Origin: Lachnospiraceae bacterium | Lineage (GTDB): Bacteria; Bacillota; Clostridia; Lachnospirales; Lachnospiraceae | NCBI GenBank assembly: GCA_963661945.1 | Contig: CAVLDP010000003.1 | Location: 61,441-125,440, forward strand | Direction: 5' to 3' | DNA: 64,000 nt | Shown: positions 34,690 through 45,497 of the stretch, one piece after another | How positions within the stretch are numbered: the stretch's first letter is position 1 | Layout of the letters: every line of letters starts with the position of its first letter | The notes under the pieces: generated by a model | Database searches by the model: none | What the model was told of the DNA's origin: nothing | Seen by the model: the letters and a program-made list of their open reading frames with translations, nothing else | Program-made: the position numbers and the translations under genes

Positions 34690-36042
34690 ATGCGCAAAAA
34701 TAATAATAATCAATCGGTTCTGATGACAGAAGGTTCTATCCCTAGGTTAGTAATTTCTTTCGCAGGACCGATTTTTCTTGGAAATTTATTTCAGCAATTA
34801 TATAATCTCGTGGATTCGGTGATTGTAGGGAATTTCGTAGGAGATGACGCTCTTGCGGCTGTTAGTTCTTCCGGCAATCTAATCTTTATGATGATTGGTC
34901 TCATCTTCGGCCTATTCGGCGGTGCCGGAGTTGTGATTGCCAAGTATTTTGGTGCGGAAAGAAATGATTTAGTGCAGAAGGCAATCCATACAACGATAGC
35001 GCTTGCTCTGATTTGTGGAATCATTCTAATGTTTCTGGGCTGGTTCTTAGCGCCGCTTATGCTTCATTGGATGGATACGCCGGATAGAGTAATAGGCCAG
35101 TCGATTCTATATTTCAGGGTATATTTCCTGGGTGGTATATTTATCTGTCTCTATAATTCTGCCTCTTGTATCTTTCAGGCAGTGGGCGACAGCAAGCATC
35201 CAGTCTATTATCTGATTATCTCAGCAATCACGAATGTAGTGCTTGATCTTTTCTTTGTGGGATTTCTTGGAATTGGAATTATAGGTGCAGCTCTTGCAAC
35301 CTGTATATCACAGGCGCTTAGTGCAATCCTGTCGATATATCGTCTTACGAAATCAGAGGATGTCTTTAGGGTGCATCTTGGGGAGATTCGCATTCATGGA
35401 GATATGATTGGAGAGATTCTTCGAATGGGTATTCCATCTGGAATTCAGAATTCTGTGATTGGATTTGCCAATGTGGTGGTTCAGGCTAATATCAATTCCT
35501 TTGGCGAGCTTGCAATGGCGGGCTGTGGCGCTTATTCGAAGATTGAGGGCTTCGCCTTCCTGCCAATTACCAGCTTTTCGATGGCCTTAACTACTTTTGT
35601 AGGACAGAATGTTGGAGCAGGAAAGAAGGAGAGAGTGCATGCAGGAGCTCGCTTTGGAATCTTCTCCGCAATGATCTCTGCGGAAGTAATAGGACTTCTG
35701 ATCTATGTATTTATTCCAGACCTGGTTCGTTTATTTAGCCAGAATCCTGATGTAATCGCCTATGGAACAGAATGGGCTCGTGTGACTGCCTTTTTCTATT
35801 TTCTGCTGGCAGCATCTCATGCGGAGGCAGGAGTACTTCGCGGAGCAGGAAAATCGACGGTACCAATGCTTGTAATGCTGCTCTGTTGGTGCGTAATTCG
35901 TGTCACCTACATTACAATTATCACAAGCTTTGTCCCGTCGATTACTGTGGTGTTCTATGCATATCCTATTACTTGGAGTTTAAGTACAGCGTTCTTTACG
36001 ATATATCTACTCCTCTATTGGCGAAGGAAAGCGAAGGCGTAG
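34690..36042 (+). CDS. MATE family efflux transporter
   Basis: 12-TM profile. N-terminal PIFLGNLFQQLYNLVDSVIVG motif. AGGAGAG SD before ATG 34690. Confidence 0.88.
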   Translation: MRKNNNNQSVLMTEGSIPRLVISFAGPIFLGNLFQQLYNLVDSVIVGNFVGDDALAAVSSSGNLIFMMIGLIFGLFGGAGVVIAKYFGAERNDLVQKAIHTTIALALICGIILMFLGWFLAPLMLHWMDTPDRVIGQSILYFRVYFLGGIFICLYNSASCIFQAVGDSKHPVYYLIISAITNVVLDLFFVGFLGIGIIGAALATCISQALSAILSIYRLTKSEDVFRVHLGEIRIHGDMIGEILRMGIPSGIQNSVIGFANVVVQANINSFGELAMAGCGAYSKIEGFAFLPITSFSMALTTFVGQNVGAGKKERVHAGARFGIFSAMISAEVIGLLIYVFIPDLVRLFSQNPDVIAYGTEWARVTAFFYFLLAASHAEAGVLRGAGKSTVPMLVMLLCWCVIRVTYITIITSFVPSITVVFYAYPITWSLSTAFFTIYLLLYWRRKAKA

Positions 36043-37290
36043 CTTCTCAATGCGCCTTCTTCCAACCTTGGTGACGCGAATGATAACACCCTCTGCGGTA
36101 ACATAGGTCTCGCCAACCTTTGGAAAATGGTCGAATAGACCAGTGATATAGCCACCTACTGTATCATAATCCTCGGATTCGAATGGCAGAGGTAGCTCTT
36201 GACACAAATCTTCTAGATTCATGGAACCTAGAACATCATATTCTGTGTCACTAATCTGAGTCAGATCGTCCTCCTCATCTTCGTCATATTCGTCTCGAAT
36301 CTCGCCGACAAGTTCTTCCAATAGATCTTCTAATGTGATGAGTCCAGCAAGAGCACCATATTCATCCAGCACGATTGCCATAGGGATGGAGTTTAGTCTC
36401 ATTTCATCGAAGAGGTCAGAAGTGTTCTTCTGCTCATAGGTGAAATATGCTTCTCGCAGATAGTTGCGAATAGAGAAGTTCTCATCATCCTTCACAAAGA
36501 TCAAATCCTTCATATTGAGGATTCCGATAATATGATCCGGATTCTCATCATAGACTGGAATTCGTGTGAGCATTCGCTCCTTGTAGATTTCCATTACCTT
36601 ATTGTAATCATAGTTTACATCGAGAGATGTCATGTCGATTCTTGGAATCATAACTTCCTTTGCAGTAGCATCGGAGAAGTCGAAGAGCTTGTGGATATAA
36701 TCCTTCTCATCTTCTTCAATGACACCATTCTCATGACTAATATCTACCATGGTCTTCAGCTCGTCTTCTGTCATACCATCCGGTTTGTCACTTTTCTTCA
36801 CACCGAGCAGTCGAAGGAGTCCCCAAGCCAAGAATTCAACAATATAGATCACTGGGGTCAGAATTACCATTACGCCGTAGATAATAGACGCAATTCGAAG
36901 TGAGAGCTTGGTTGCATGGATTGTGGCATAGGTCTTAGGGGAAATCTCACCGAAGATTAGAATCAGGAAGGTCAGAATACCTGTAGCGATGCCGGCTCCG
37001 AAGCTTCCAAGCAAACGGATTGCAAGGGTTGTTGCCAAGGAAGATGCGGATAGATTCACGATGTTATTGCCAATTAGGATGGCACTAAGCATCTTGCTTC
37101 GATCACTGGTAACCTTAAGAACCATGGCAGCTCTTTTGTTGCCATCCTCAGCAAGGGTCCGCATCTTAACAGATGAGACAGTGGTTAGGGCTGTCTCAGC
37201 AGAAGAAAAGAAGGCTGATAAAGCCAGAAGTACAACAAGAAACAGTAGTTGACGTATCGAGTCCGAGTCCATAGAAATCTCCTTATTCAT
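36007..37290 (-). CDS. CNNM/TlyC-family protein (DUF21 TM domain, CBS pair, CorC_HlyC domain)
   Basis: N-terminal 4 TM helices with SAFFSSAETAL, a CBS pair, and a C-terminal transporter-associated domain. Confidence 0.88.
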   Translation of the reverse strand: MNKEISMDSDSIRQLLFLVVLLALSAFFSSAETALTTVSSVKMRTLAEDGNKRAAMVLKVTSDRSKMLSAILIGNNIVNLSASSLATTLAIRLLGSFGAGIATGILTFLILIFGEISPKTYATIHATKLSLRIASIIYGVMVILTPVIYIVEFLAWGLLRLLGVKKSDKPDGMTEDELKTMVDISHENGVIEEDEKDYIHKLFDFSDATAKEVMIPRIDMTSLDVNYDYNKVMEIYKERMLTRIPVYDENPDHIIGILNMKDLIFVKDDENFSIRNYLREAYFTYEQKNTSDLFDEMRLNSIPMAIVLDEYGALAGLITLEDLLEELVGEIRDEYDEDEEDDLTQISDTEYDVLGSMNLEDLCQELPLPFESEDYDTVGGYITGLFDHFPKVGETYVTAEGVIIRVTKVGRRRIEKLRLRFPSPIEE

Positions 37291-37423
37291 TAAATGGTTA
37301 AATAGTTCCTTCTATTATATGTGAGAGGAAGAAAAGGTGCAAGAAGCCTCACTTCTTTCTAGGCAGAATTCCTATGGTTTGGTATAATGCAATGGAATAT
37401 ATGGTTGGAATTGAGGATATATC

Positions 37424-38422
37424 ATGAGACTTTCATGGAAGAAACATACGATAATTTTTTCGCTACTTCTTTTGACGCTTTTTTCGTGTACTGCATGCAC
37501 GGATCGCTCGTCAAGTCAGCAGAAATATAAGACTATGGGAATTGAAGCTATGGCTGGCGGAGATTATGCCACAGCTGTGGACGATTTTAATGAAGCATTA
37601 TCCTTTTCGGATTTCAAGGTTACCGGTCAAGAGGTAGACATCTGCTATTACAAGGCTGCTGCCCAGTATCTTATGAATGATTTCACGGGTGCGCTTGAGA
37701 CATATACGGCTCTACTTGATTTTGATGAGTCGAATGCGGATGCCTTTTTTCTCCGAGGTTGTCTATATCTGAATGCTGGGGAGAGCGACAAGGCGATTCG
37801 TGATTTCAAGTCAGCGGTATCATGTGATGAAGGAAACTTCGATCTCTATATTGAGATTTATGAGAATCTTGTTGCTATGAATTACAGTGAAGATGCTATG
37901 GAATTTCTTAATCTCGGACTTGAGGTAGAGGGTTCAAGTGCAGCTACCTATGTAGGTCGTGGCAGGATTTATATCCTTCTTGGACAAAATGATGCAGCAA
38001 TTAAGGTGTTGACTAAGGCTGTCGATAAGAAGAGCAATGAGGCTAAGCTGTATTTGGCCCAGATATATACATCTGAAGGGGATGAGGCTTCTGCGACGGC
38101 TATTCTGGAAGATTATATTGATGGAGATGTTACCTCAGAATCGCTGAATGCACTAGGAGATCTTCATATGAGAAATGGAGATTATGAAGAGGCATTAGAA
38201 GCCTATGAAGAAGGCTTAGCACAGACTGTAGTTACAAACGAGAAGCAGCTTAAGAAGAATCGGATTGGAGCCTTGGAATATACGCAGGATTGGCAGGGTG
38301 CTTATGAAGCTTGCACGGAATTTGTTACAGAGTATCCGGCAGATGCAGATACTCTTCGAGAACTCGTTTTCCTAACAACTCGCGTAGAGGGACCTTACGG
38401 AGAGGAGGATACACAATCATAA
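37424..38422 (+). CDS. TPR-repeat lipoprotein
   Basis: Signal peptide with lipobox LFSC. Repeated A..Y..AL/..G.....A TPR-like helices. Confidence 0.7.
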   Translation: MRLSWKKHTIIFSLLLLTLFSCTACTDRSSSQQKYKTMGIEAMAGGDYATAVDDFNEALSFSDFKVTGQEVDICYYKAAAQYLMNDFTGALETYTALLDFDESNADAFFLRGCLYLNAGESDKAIRDFKSAVSCDEGNFDLYIEIYENLVAMNYSEDAMEFLNLGLEVEGSSAATYVGRGRIYILLGQNDAAIKVLTKAVDKKSNEAKLYLAQIYTSEGDEASATAILEDYIDGDVTSESLNALGDLHMRNGDYEEALEAYEEGLAQTVVTNEKQLKKNRIGALEYTQDWQGAYEACTEFVTEYPADADTLRELVFLTTRVEGPYGEEDTQS

Positions 38423-38423
38423 G

Positions 38424-39653
38424 ATGAATGAATGGAATGAACATGTGATTCTTGTCGGTGTATCTACATCAGATGGGGATGATACAGAGGATTCTCTCTA
38501 TGAATTGGAGGAACTAGTTAAGACGGCGGGCGCTTCTGTAGATGCTATTGTTATCCAGAATTTGCCCTATATTAATTCAGCTACCTACGTTGGAAAGGGT
38601 AAGCTAGAGGAACTGCATGAGATGGTTCTACAGACTGAGGCTACAGGAATTGTGTGTGATGATGAGTTGACTCCAGCCCAGCTTCGGAATATGGAGGCTG
38701 TTCTTGGCGTTAAGATTATGGACCGCACATTAATTATTCTTGACATCTTCGCCCAGCATGCCAGATCAAATGAAGGTAAGATTCAGGTGGAGCTGGCTCA
38801 GCTGCGTTATCAGCTTACAAGACTTAAGGGACTTGGCGGTTCAATGTCGCGACTTGGTGGCGGAATAGGAACAAGAGGACCTGGCGAGACCAAGCTTGAA
38901 GTAGATCGAAGACTCATTTCCAGTAGAATATCGAAGTTAAAACAAGAATTAATTAAAATAGAGAGCCATCGAGAGCTGACAAGAAAGGCCAGGGAACGGA
39001 ATGGGAAGCCTGTAGCTGCTATTGTTGGATATACGAACGCTGGTAAGTCGACGCTTCTGAATGCACTAACCGATGCGGGGATATTGGCAGAAGATCAATT
39101 GTTCGCAACACTCGATACAACGACCAGACTTCTGAATCTGCCAAGTGGCCAAGAATTGTTGCTTACAGATACGGTTGGCTTCATCCGTAAATTACCGCAT
39201 CATCTGGTGGATGCCTTTCGCAGTACACTGGAGGAAGCAAAGTATGCAGATTATGTAATTCATGTTGTGGATGCATCAAGCAGAGAGATGGAGAAGCAGA
39301 TGCATACGGTGTATGATACTCTGCAGGAACTTGGTATTACCGGCAAGAAAATTATAACTATATTTAATAAAATTGATCTGCTGGAGGAAGACGAGATTAT
39401 TCGAGATGGCAGAGCAGATTATACGATTCGTATCTCAGCTAAGGAGGGGACGAATCTTACAGGTCTTATGGAGCTCTTGGAACAGGTGCTAAGAGAAGAT
39501 AGGGTTCTGATTGAGAGAATCCTACCATATGATAAGATGTCACTTCTTAATGAAGTTCGAAAGAATGGAGAGATTCTGACAGAAGAATATAAGGAAGATG
39601 GCATCCATATTTCGGCGTATGTTCCAATGGCATTATATGGGCATTTGTGTTAG
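38424..39653 (+). CDS. hflX: GTPase HflX
   Basis: HflX N-terminal domain (LAQLRYQLTRL, GPGETKLE). G1 GYTNAGKSTLLN. G3 DTVGF. G4 NKID. Confidence 0.93.
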   Translation: MNEWNEHVILVGVSTSDGDDTEDSLYELEELVKTAGASVDAIVIQNLPYINSATYVGKGKLEELHEMVLQTEATGIVCDDELTPAQLRNMEAVLGVKIMDRTLIILDIFAQHARSNEGKIQVELAQLRYQLTRLKGLGGSMSRLGGGIGTRGPGETKLEVDRRLISSRISKLKQELIKIESHRELTRKARERNGKPVAAIVGYTNAGKSTLLNALTDAGILAEDQLFATLDTTTRLLNLPSGQELLLTDTVGFIRKLPHHLVDAFRSTLEEAKYADYVIHVVDASSREMEKQMHTVYDTLQELGITGKKIITIFNKIDLLEEDEIIRDGRADYTIRISAKEGTNLTGLMELLEQVLREDRVLIERILPYDKMSLLNEVRKNGEILTEEYKEDGIHISAYVPMALYGHLC

Positions 39654-39702
39654 TATAGAGCCGTGCGTTTTTTGCATAAGTATGAATTAAGAGGAGATAC
39701 CT

Positions 39703-40635
39703 ATGATTGGAGAATTAATTAAGAAGATTCAGGCAACTGGAGCACCAATTGTTGTTGGACTTGACCCTAAGCTTGAATATATTCCAGACCACATTACGGG
39801 GCCAATCTACAAGGAGTATGGCAATACCCTTGAGGCTGCTGGAGAAGCAATTTGGCAGTTCAATAAGGAGATCATTGATGCGACATATGATTTAATTCCT
39901 TGTGTGAAGCCACAGATTGCCATGTATGAACAGTACGGTATCCCCGGTCTTGTTGCCTTTAAGAAGACAGTTGACTATTGCAAGTCCAAGGATCTAATCG
40001 TCCTCGGAGATATCAAGAGAGGAGATATCGGCTCCACCTCTGAATCCTATGCAATCGGTCACTTGGGCCAGGTAAATGTGAATGGTCAGCTTCTTACTCC
40101 ATTTGGAGAGGATATTGTGACCGTCAATCCTTATCTTGGCACAGATGGTGTGAAGCCATTTGTTGATGTGTGTAAGAGAGAGAATAAGGGTATCTTCGTT
40201 CTTGTGAAGACATCGAATCCGTCAAGTGGAGAATTCCAGGATCGTCTTATTGATGGAATTCCACTTTATGAGCATGTTGCTAGCATGGTGAATACCTGGG
40301 GAGAGGGCACTGGTGAGATGGGCTACTCTGATGTTGGAGCAGTAGTTGGTGCAACCTATCCTGAAGTTGGTAAGGCAATGCGTCGTGTGATGAAACATGC
40401 CTATATTTTAGTCCCTGGCTATGGAGCACAAGGTGGCAAGGGAGCAGATCTAGTACATTTCTTTAATGAAGATGGCCTCGGTGCTATCGTCAACTCTTCT
40501 CGCGGAATTATCGCAGCATATAAAGCAGAGCAATATGCCTCCTTTGGAGCAGAGCATTTTGCTGATGCTTCCCGTCAAGCAGTGCTTGATATGGTCTCAG
40601 ATATTCATGGAGCCCTGGATGCGGCTCTATCATAG
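39703..40635 (+). CDS. pyrF: Orotidine 5'-phosphate decarboxylase (long, type 2)
   Basis: 310 aa with VVGLDP and DIKRGDIGST motifs. pyr gene context. Confidence 0.9.
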   Translation: MIGELIKKIQATGAPIVVGLDPKLEYIPDHITGPIYKEYGNTLEAAGEAIWQFNKEIIDATYDLIPCVKPQIAMYEQYGIPGLVAFKKTVDYCKSKDLIVLGDIKRGDIGSTSESYAIGHLGQVNVNGQLLTPFGEDIVTVNPYLGTDGVKPFVDVCKRENKGIFVLVKTSNPSSGEFQDRLIDGIPLYEHVASMVNTWGEGTGEMGYSDVGAVVGATYPEVGKAMRRVMKHAYILVPGYGAQGGKGADLVHFFNEDGLGAIVNSSRGIIAAYKAEQYASFGAEHFADASRQAVLDMVSDIHGALDAALS

Positions 40636-40643
40636 GAGTTCAG

Positions 40644-41435
40644 ATGAATCAGACTAAGAATAGACAAATGGAGATAGGGCATGTCATTTCACAGGACATG
40701 CTCTTGGATGGAATATATAGCCTGTATGTAGAGTGTCATGCAGCAGATCTTGCACGAATGGGGCAATTTGTGTCTCTATATTCGAGAGATGGTAGCAAGA
40801 TTTTACCACGCCCGATCAGTATTTGTGAGATTGACAGGGCAAGTCATACATTACGATTTGTATATCGCGTGGTAGGTCAGGGAACAGAGGAATTTTCATC
40901 CCTTAAGAAGGGAGATGAGATTCGCCTTCTCGGACCTCTCGGTAATGGTTTTCCTGAAGTGGATGGCCCTGTAGTTCTAGTTGGTGGAGGCATCGGAGTA
41001 CCTCCAATGCTTGAGACTGCGAAGACTTTTCGTGCGGCAGGAAGAAGCCAGAGTGAGGTAATCTCTGTTATGGGATACCGGGATAAGACATTCCTTCAAG
41101 AAGAGTTTGAGAAATATTCTACCATGTATATCGCGACAGATGATGGTTCTACTGGTATTCATGGTACGGTAGTTGATGCTCTTAGATCTGAAGGAATTAC
41201 AAGAGGTACAATCCTAGCCTGTGGACCTAAGCCTATGCTTCGGGCGTTAAGAGATTATGCGAGAGAGCATGATATGACCTGCTTTATCTCTATGGAGGAG
41301 CGTATGGCTTGTGGAATTGGAGCATGCTTAGGATGTGTATGTAAGACGAAGAATGTAGATGACCATTCTAAGGTGCATAATACCAGAATCTGCAAGGATG
41401 GTCCTGTATTTCTGGCTGAGGAGGTAGAATTATAA
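40644..41435 (+). CDS. pyrK: Dihydroorotate dehydrogenase B electron-transfer subunit
   Basis: FAD/NAD-binding fold (RPISI, GGGIGVPP). C-terminal 2Fe-2S cluster CGIGACLGCVC. Confidence 0.92.
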   Translation: MNQTKNRQMEIGHVISQDMLLDGIYSLYVECHAADLARMGQFVSLYSRDGSKILPRPISICEIDRASHTLRFVYRVVGQGTEEFSSLKKGDEIRLLGPLGNGFPEVDGPVVLVGGGIGVPPMLETAKTFRAAGRSQSEVISVMGYRDKTFLQEEFEKYSTMYIATDDGSTGIHGTVVDALRSEGITRGTILACGPKPMLRALRDYAREHDMTCFISMEERMACGIGACLGCVCKTKNVDDHSKVHNTRICKDGPVFLAEEVEL

Positions 41436-42346
41436 TGGCAATTTCCACATCTGTTTCCTTGGCAGGCATTACGCTTAAGAATCCAGTGATGACTGCGTCC
41501 GGAACCTTTGGCTCCGGGATGGAATATAGTGAATTTGTAGATTTGAATCGCCTTGGCGCAGTGGTGACCAAAGGTGTGGCAGATAAGCCTTGGACAGGTA
41601 ATGATACACCAAGAGTAGCTGAGGTACATGGCGGAATGCTCAATGCTATCGGACTTCAGAATCCTGGAATCGATACCTTTATTGAGCGAGATTTGGCCTT
41701 TCTTGATCAATACGATACCAAGGTGATTGTCAATGTCTGTGGTCACTCAGAGGAGGAATATCTCTCTGTTGTAGAGCGACTTGCTGATGAGAAGCGGCCG
41801 GATATGCTTGAGATTAATATTTCCTGTCCCAATGTGAAGGAAGGCGGCATCGCTTTTGGTACGGATCCAAAAGGCGTTGAGCATATTACAAGAGAGATTA
41901 AGAAGATCGCAAAACAGCCAGTGATTATGAAACTTAGTCCAAATGTTACATCGATTGCAGAGATTGCAAGAGCTGCAGAGGCAGGTGGAGCGGACTGTCT
42001 GTCGCTGATTAATACCATTACCGGTATGAAGATTGACGTCGATCGGAGAAGCTTCCTGCTTGCCAATAAGACAGGTGGAATGTCTGGCCCAGCTGTGCAC
42101 CCTGTCGCAGTTCGTATGGTATATGAGACTGCTCAGGCTGTGAATATCCCGCTCATTGGTATGGGTGGAATTTCATCCGCTTATGATGCGCTTGAGATGA
42201 TTCTCGCTGGCGCGACAGCAATTTCCGTTGGAACAGCGAATTTCACGAATCCTCATGTAACGATGGATATTTTGGATGGTATTGAAGAATATATGAATCG
42301 ATATCATGTTTCAGATATTAGAGATTTAATTGGATGTGTGCACTAG
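41435..42346 (+). CDS. pyrD: Dihydroorotate dehydrogenase B catalytic subunit
   Basis: ASGTFG, NISCPNV and GGISS motifs. ATGA-type junction with pyrK. Confidence 0.94.
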   Translation: MAISTSVSLAGITLKNPVMTASGTFGSGMEYSEFVDLNRLGAVVTKGVADKPWTGNDTPRVAEVHGGMLNAIGLQNPGIDTFIERDLAFLDQYDTKVIVNVCGHSEEEYLSVVERLADEKRPDMLEINISCPNVKEGGIAFGTDPKGVEHITREIKKIAKQPVIMKLSPNVTSIAEIARAAEAGGADCLSLINTITGMKIDVDRRSFLLANKTGGMSGPAVHPVAVRMVYETAQAVNIPLIGMGGISSAYDALEMILAGATAISVGTANFTNPHVTMDILDGIEEYMNRYHVSDIRDLIGCVH

Positions 42347-42355
42347 GAGGATAGC

Positions 42356-43036
42356 ATGGAGAGATATAAAGAAGAATTTATTGAATTTATGGTAGAGAGC
42401 GACGTCCTGAAATTTGGCGATTTTACACTGAAGAGTGGACGTAAGTCTCCATTTTTCATGAATGCAGGAGCTTATGTAACAGGAAGCCAGCTTTCAAGAC
42501 TTGGCGAGTATTATGCTACAGCAATTCACGAGAATTATGGAGATGATTTCGATGTCTTATTCGGACCAGCCTACAAGGGAATTCCAATTGCGGTTGTGAC
42601 AGCAGTTGCTTATGAGAGACTCTACGGCAAGGAAGTACGTTATTGCTCAGATCGCAAGGAAGAGAAGGACCACGGTGCAGATAAGGGTAGCTTCTTAGGC
42701 TATGTACCACAGGATGGCGACAGAGTTGTGATGATTGAAGATGTTACGACATCAGGTAAGTCTATGGAAGAGACGGTACCTAAGGTTCGCTCTGCAGCAG
42801 ATGTTGAGATTGTTGGCCTTATGGTCTCTCTTAATCGTATGGAAGTGGGATTAGGAGGTAAGGTGTCTGCACTAGATGAGATTAAGGAACGCTATGGTTT
42901 TGATGCCCGTGCAATTGTTACCATGGATGAGGTGGTTGAGCATCTATACAACAGACAGTGCCAGGGCAGAATTGTCATCGATGATGTGCTGAAGGCATCT
43001 ATTGACAACTATTATAACGAATATGGAGTACACTAG
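42356..43036 (+). CDS. pyrE: Orotate phosphoribosyltransferase
   Basis: PRPP-binding VVMIEDVTTSGKS motif. 226 aa. Confidence 0.92.
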   Translation: MERYKEEFIEFMVESDVLKFGDFTLKSGRKSPFFMNAGAYVTGSQLSRLGEYYATAIHENYGDDFDVLFGPAYKGIPIAVVTAVAYERLYGKEVRYCSDRKEEKDHGADKGSFLGYVPQDGDRVVMIEDVTTSGKSMEETVPKVRSAADVEIVGLMVSLNRMEVGLGGKVSALDEIKERYGFDARAIVTMDEVVEHLYNRQCQGRIVIDDVLKASIDNYYNEYGVH

Positions 43037-43041
43037 GAATT

Positions 43042-43371
43042 ATGAGCCCTAGAAGACGTAGCCGTTATGGCATGGAACGAAAACCGATTGCGATGGAATC
43101 CTATTATGTTGCTGCAATCTCTGGAGTGTCTTTGATTGTATTTTTTATTTCAATGGTGCTTTCCATCTACTCGAACGGCAATATAGGTAATATCATGGCC
43201 GGGATTGCCATGGTTGCATTTATTTCTTCCATCATTTGCTTAATTATTGGAGTGCGTTTCTTTCGCTCGCGAAGTTACACTACATTTTCCAGAATGATAG
43301 GACTATTTGTTCCACTAATATCTGTTCTGCTATGGATTGTAGTGTATGCAATAGGACTCCTAATAATCTAA
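43042..43371 (+). CDS. Small membrane protein, 109 aa, 3 TM helices
   Basis: Hydrophobic profile only. Tightly follows pyrE. Confidence 0.55.
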   Translation: MSPRRRSRYGMERKPIAMESYYVAAISGVSLIVFFISMVLSIYSNGNIGNIMAGIAMVAFISSIICLIIGVRFFRSRSYTTFSRMIGLFVPLISVLLWIVVYAIGLLII

Positions 43372-43394
43372 ATAATAGAATCGAGGATAAATCT

Positions 43395-45497
43395 TTGAGT
43401 GATTTTTGTTTGTTTGAGAAGACAGAAGAGCTTGTTGAGAGAAATGAGCTTTGTCTTCTTCGTATTGCTTCCATTCCTGAGGATGGAAAGCTTCCCACTG
43501 CATTTGCAGAATATGTGGGAGAGGTCTGTCACCTGATAGAAGATGTACAGAGGATTTATGAATTGGCAGAGAATGGCAAGCTTCGTGAGCTTTCCATTGA
43601 GAATCTGAAGGAGCTTCATGACAAGGCATATGATAGACTCTCTCCTTCGAATTATGATGCATCCTATCTTAATCCAGAATTTGCCATAAATCGATTAGGT
43701 AGAAATCTTGGCGGCATTTTATCTTTCTTATATGCGGATATGACTTGTCTAATATCTGCTGCTTACGAAGGAAGATTAGATACCATTACCTACTTTGAGG
43801 AGCTCTTTATAGAGATTTATGGTCTTCTCTTAGACGAGATCGAACAGATGGGTCAGCTTGATCCAGAGGAGAAGGCAATCTATAAGTCAATTCATGATGC
43901 CATTTATTGGTTCTATCATGACTATAGTGAGCTTTTTGTTCAGGATAATGTCACGAAAAATGTTAATCCTTCTTATAATTTCTTCAAGAAGATTGTTGAG
44001 GAGGCAGATCTTACAGATCTTCGCTACCTCTATTGGTATGGAAGTCCAATTGGAGAGAATGAGATTCAATTAGCCCAATATATTAATTCTCTTGATGAGG
44101 AGCGGATTGAAGCGATTGCTTCTACCTATACGGAGGGATTTCGTATTGGATATGAAGTGACGGAGCGAGATATCACGAAGAAAGCATCTGTGAAGGTTGA
44201 ATTTCCGATAGGCTTCGAACGTATCATAAGACAGGCTTGTAAGAATTTTAAGGCCTTAGGTCTTGAACCAATGATTGTTCGCGAGTCCACCTATTCCTTT
44301 ACAGGTCGCTCTGGCAGAAAGCGCAATTGCTATTCTACAGCCTTTAATCCACAGTTTGATTTTGATCACAAGGACGATAGAGGTTTCTACTTAGATAAGA
44401 GCTTTGTAGAGCGATATCTTGAAGTGCTTTCGCTATCTTATGAGAATGAGAAGAAGAATGCATCCCTGATGGGTGGTCCAGCGGTGATTGAGATGTTCGG
44501 TGAGCCGGACTTTGAACCGCAGAATAAAGCAGATGCATATAGTTATACAGATAGCCAGAATGAGCTGAATGTCTATATGATGTCTCAGGTTGGACAGATC
44601 GCCCAGAAGTATATGCCTGGAGATGAATATAGCTTTACAATCATTGCATTCCCTCTTCCTAGCATTGGAGAGAGATTTGAGGAGATCTTTGATAAGACGG
44701 TTGAGATTAACACGCTCGATTATATGAAATATCGCAATATGCAGCAGTGTATCATTGATGTTCTAGATCAAGGTGAGATGGTTCATGTAACTGGTCGTGG
44801 GGCCAATGAGACAGATATTTTCGTATCCCTTCATCCGATTGCAGATCCGACTACTGAGACTAAGTTTGAGAATTGCGTGGCAGATGTGAATATCCCAGTT
44901 GGAGAAGTATTTACCTCACCTGTTCTTAAGGGTACAAGAGGTATTCTTCATGTGTCCAAGGTCTATTTGAATGGACTTTCCTTTAAGAATCTTAGACTTA
45001 CCTTTGAGGATGGTAGAATCACAGAATATACATGCTCGAATTTCCCTACGGAAGAAGAGAATAAGAAATATATCTATGATAATATTCTCTTCCATCACGA
45101 GACTCTTCCAATCGGTGAATTTGCAATTGGAACCAATACCATAGCATATCGCATGGGTATTGATTTTGGGATTCAGGACAAGCTTCCAATTCTGATAGCA
45201 GAGAAGACGGGACCTCATTTTGCAGTGGGTGATACCTGTTATTCCCATGCAGAGGATTCGGTAGTGCATAATCCGGATGGTAAGGAAATTATCGCCAGAT
45301 CCAATGAGATTGCTGATCTTCGCGATGAGGATCCATCCGCAGCATACTTTAACTGTCATACGGATATAACGATTCCTTATGATGAACTTAAGGATATTGT
45401 CGCTATTGGACCGTCTGGAGAGGAATATCCGATTATCTGTGATGGTCGCTTTGTTGTGGCGGGTACCGAAGAACTAAATATACCACTTGATAAATAG
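43395..45497 (+). CDS. Aminopeptidase with M29 (AmpS/PepS-like) C-terminal half and an uncharacterised ~300-aa N-terminal half
   Basis: VNIPVGEVFTSP, EFAIGTN, HFAVGD and terminal DGRF motifs resemble the M29 family. Proposed TTG start at 43395 is 7 nt after GAGGA; the track start 43236 would overlap the previous gene by 136 nt. Confidence 0.6.
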   Translation: MSDFCLFEKTEELVERNELCLLRIASIPEDGKLPTAFAEYVGEVCHLIEDVQRIYELAENGKLRELSIENLKELHDKAYDRLSPSNYDASYLNPEFAINRLGRNLGGILSFLYADMTCLISAAYEGRLDTITYFEELFIEIYGLLLDEIEQMGQLDPEEKAIYKSIHDAIYWFYHDYSELFVQDNVTKNVNPSYNFFKKIVEEADLTDLRYLYWYGSPIGENEIQLAQYINSLDEERIEAIASTYTEGFRIGYEVTERDITKKASVKVEFPIGFERIIRQACKNFKALGLEPMIVRESTYSFTGRSGRKRNCYSTAFNPQFDFDHKDDRGFYLDKSFVERYLEVLSLSYENEKKNASLMGGPAVIEMFGEPDFEPQNKADAYSYTDSQNELNVYMMSQVGQIAQKYMPGDEYSFTIIAFPLPSIGERFEEIFDKTVEINTLDYMKYRNMQQCIIDVLDQGEMVHVTGRGANETDIFVSLHPIADPTTETKFENCVADVNIPVGEVFTSPVLKGTRGILHVSKVYLNGLSFKNLRLTFEDGRITEYTCSNFPTEEENKKYIYDNILFHHETLPIGEFAIGTNTIAYRMGIDFGIQDKLPILIAEKTGPHFAVGDTCYSHAEDSVVHNPDGKEIIARSNEIADLRDEDPSAAYFNCHTDITIPYDELKDIVAIGPSGEEYPIICDGRFVVAGTEELNIPLDK

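Noticed and set aside
36007-36042. 36-nt 3'-end overlap of the convergent MATE and CNNM genes as a regulatory antisense arrangement.
   Set aside because: It is plausibly just compact genome organisation. There is no hairpin or other signal to support a specific mechanism.
43236-43394. Track start of the aminopeptidase ORF, overlapping the 109-aa membrane protein gene by 136 nt.
   Set aside because: The overlap is implausible, and the overlapping part translates to a Cys/Asn-rich non-protein-like sequence. TTG 43395 with a GAGGA SD is preferred.
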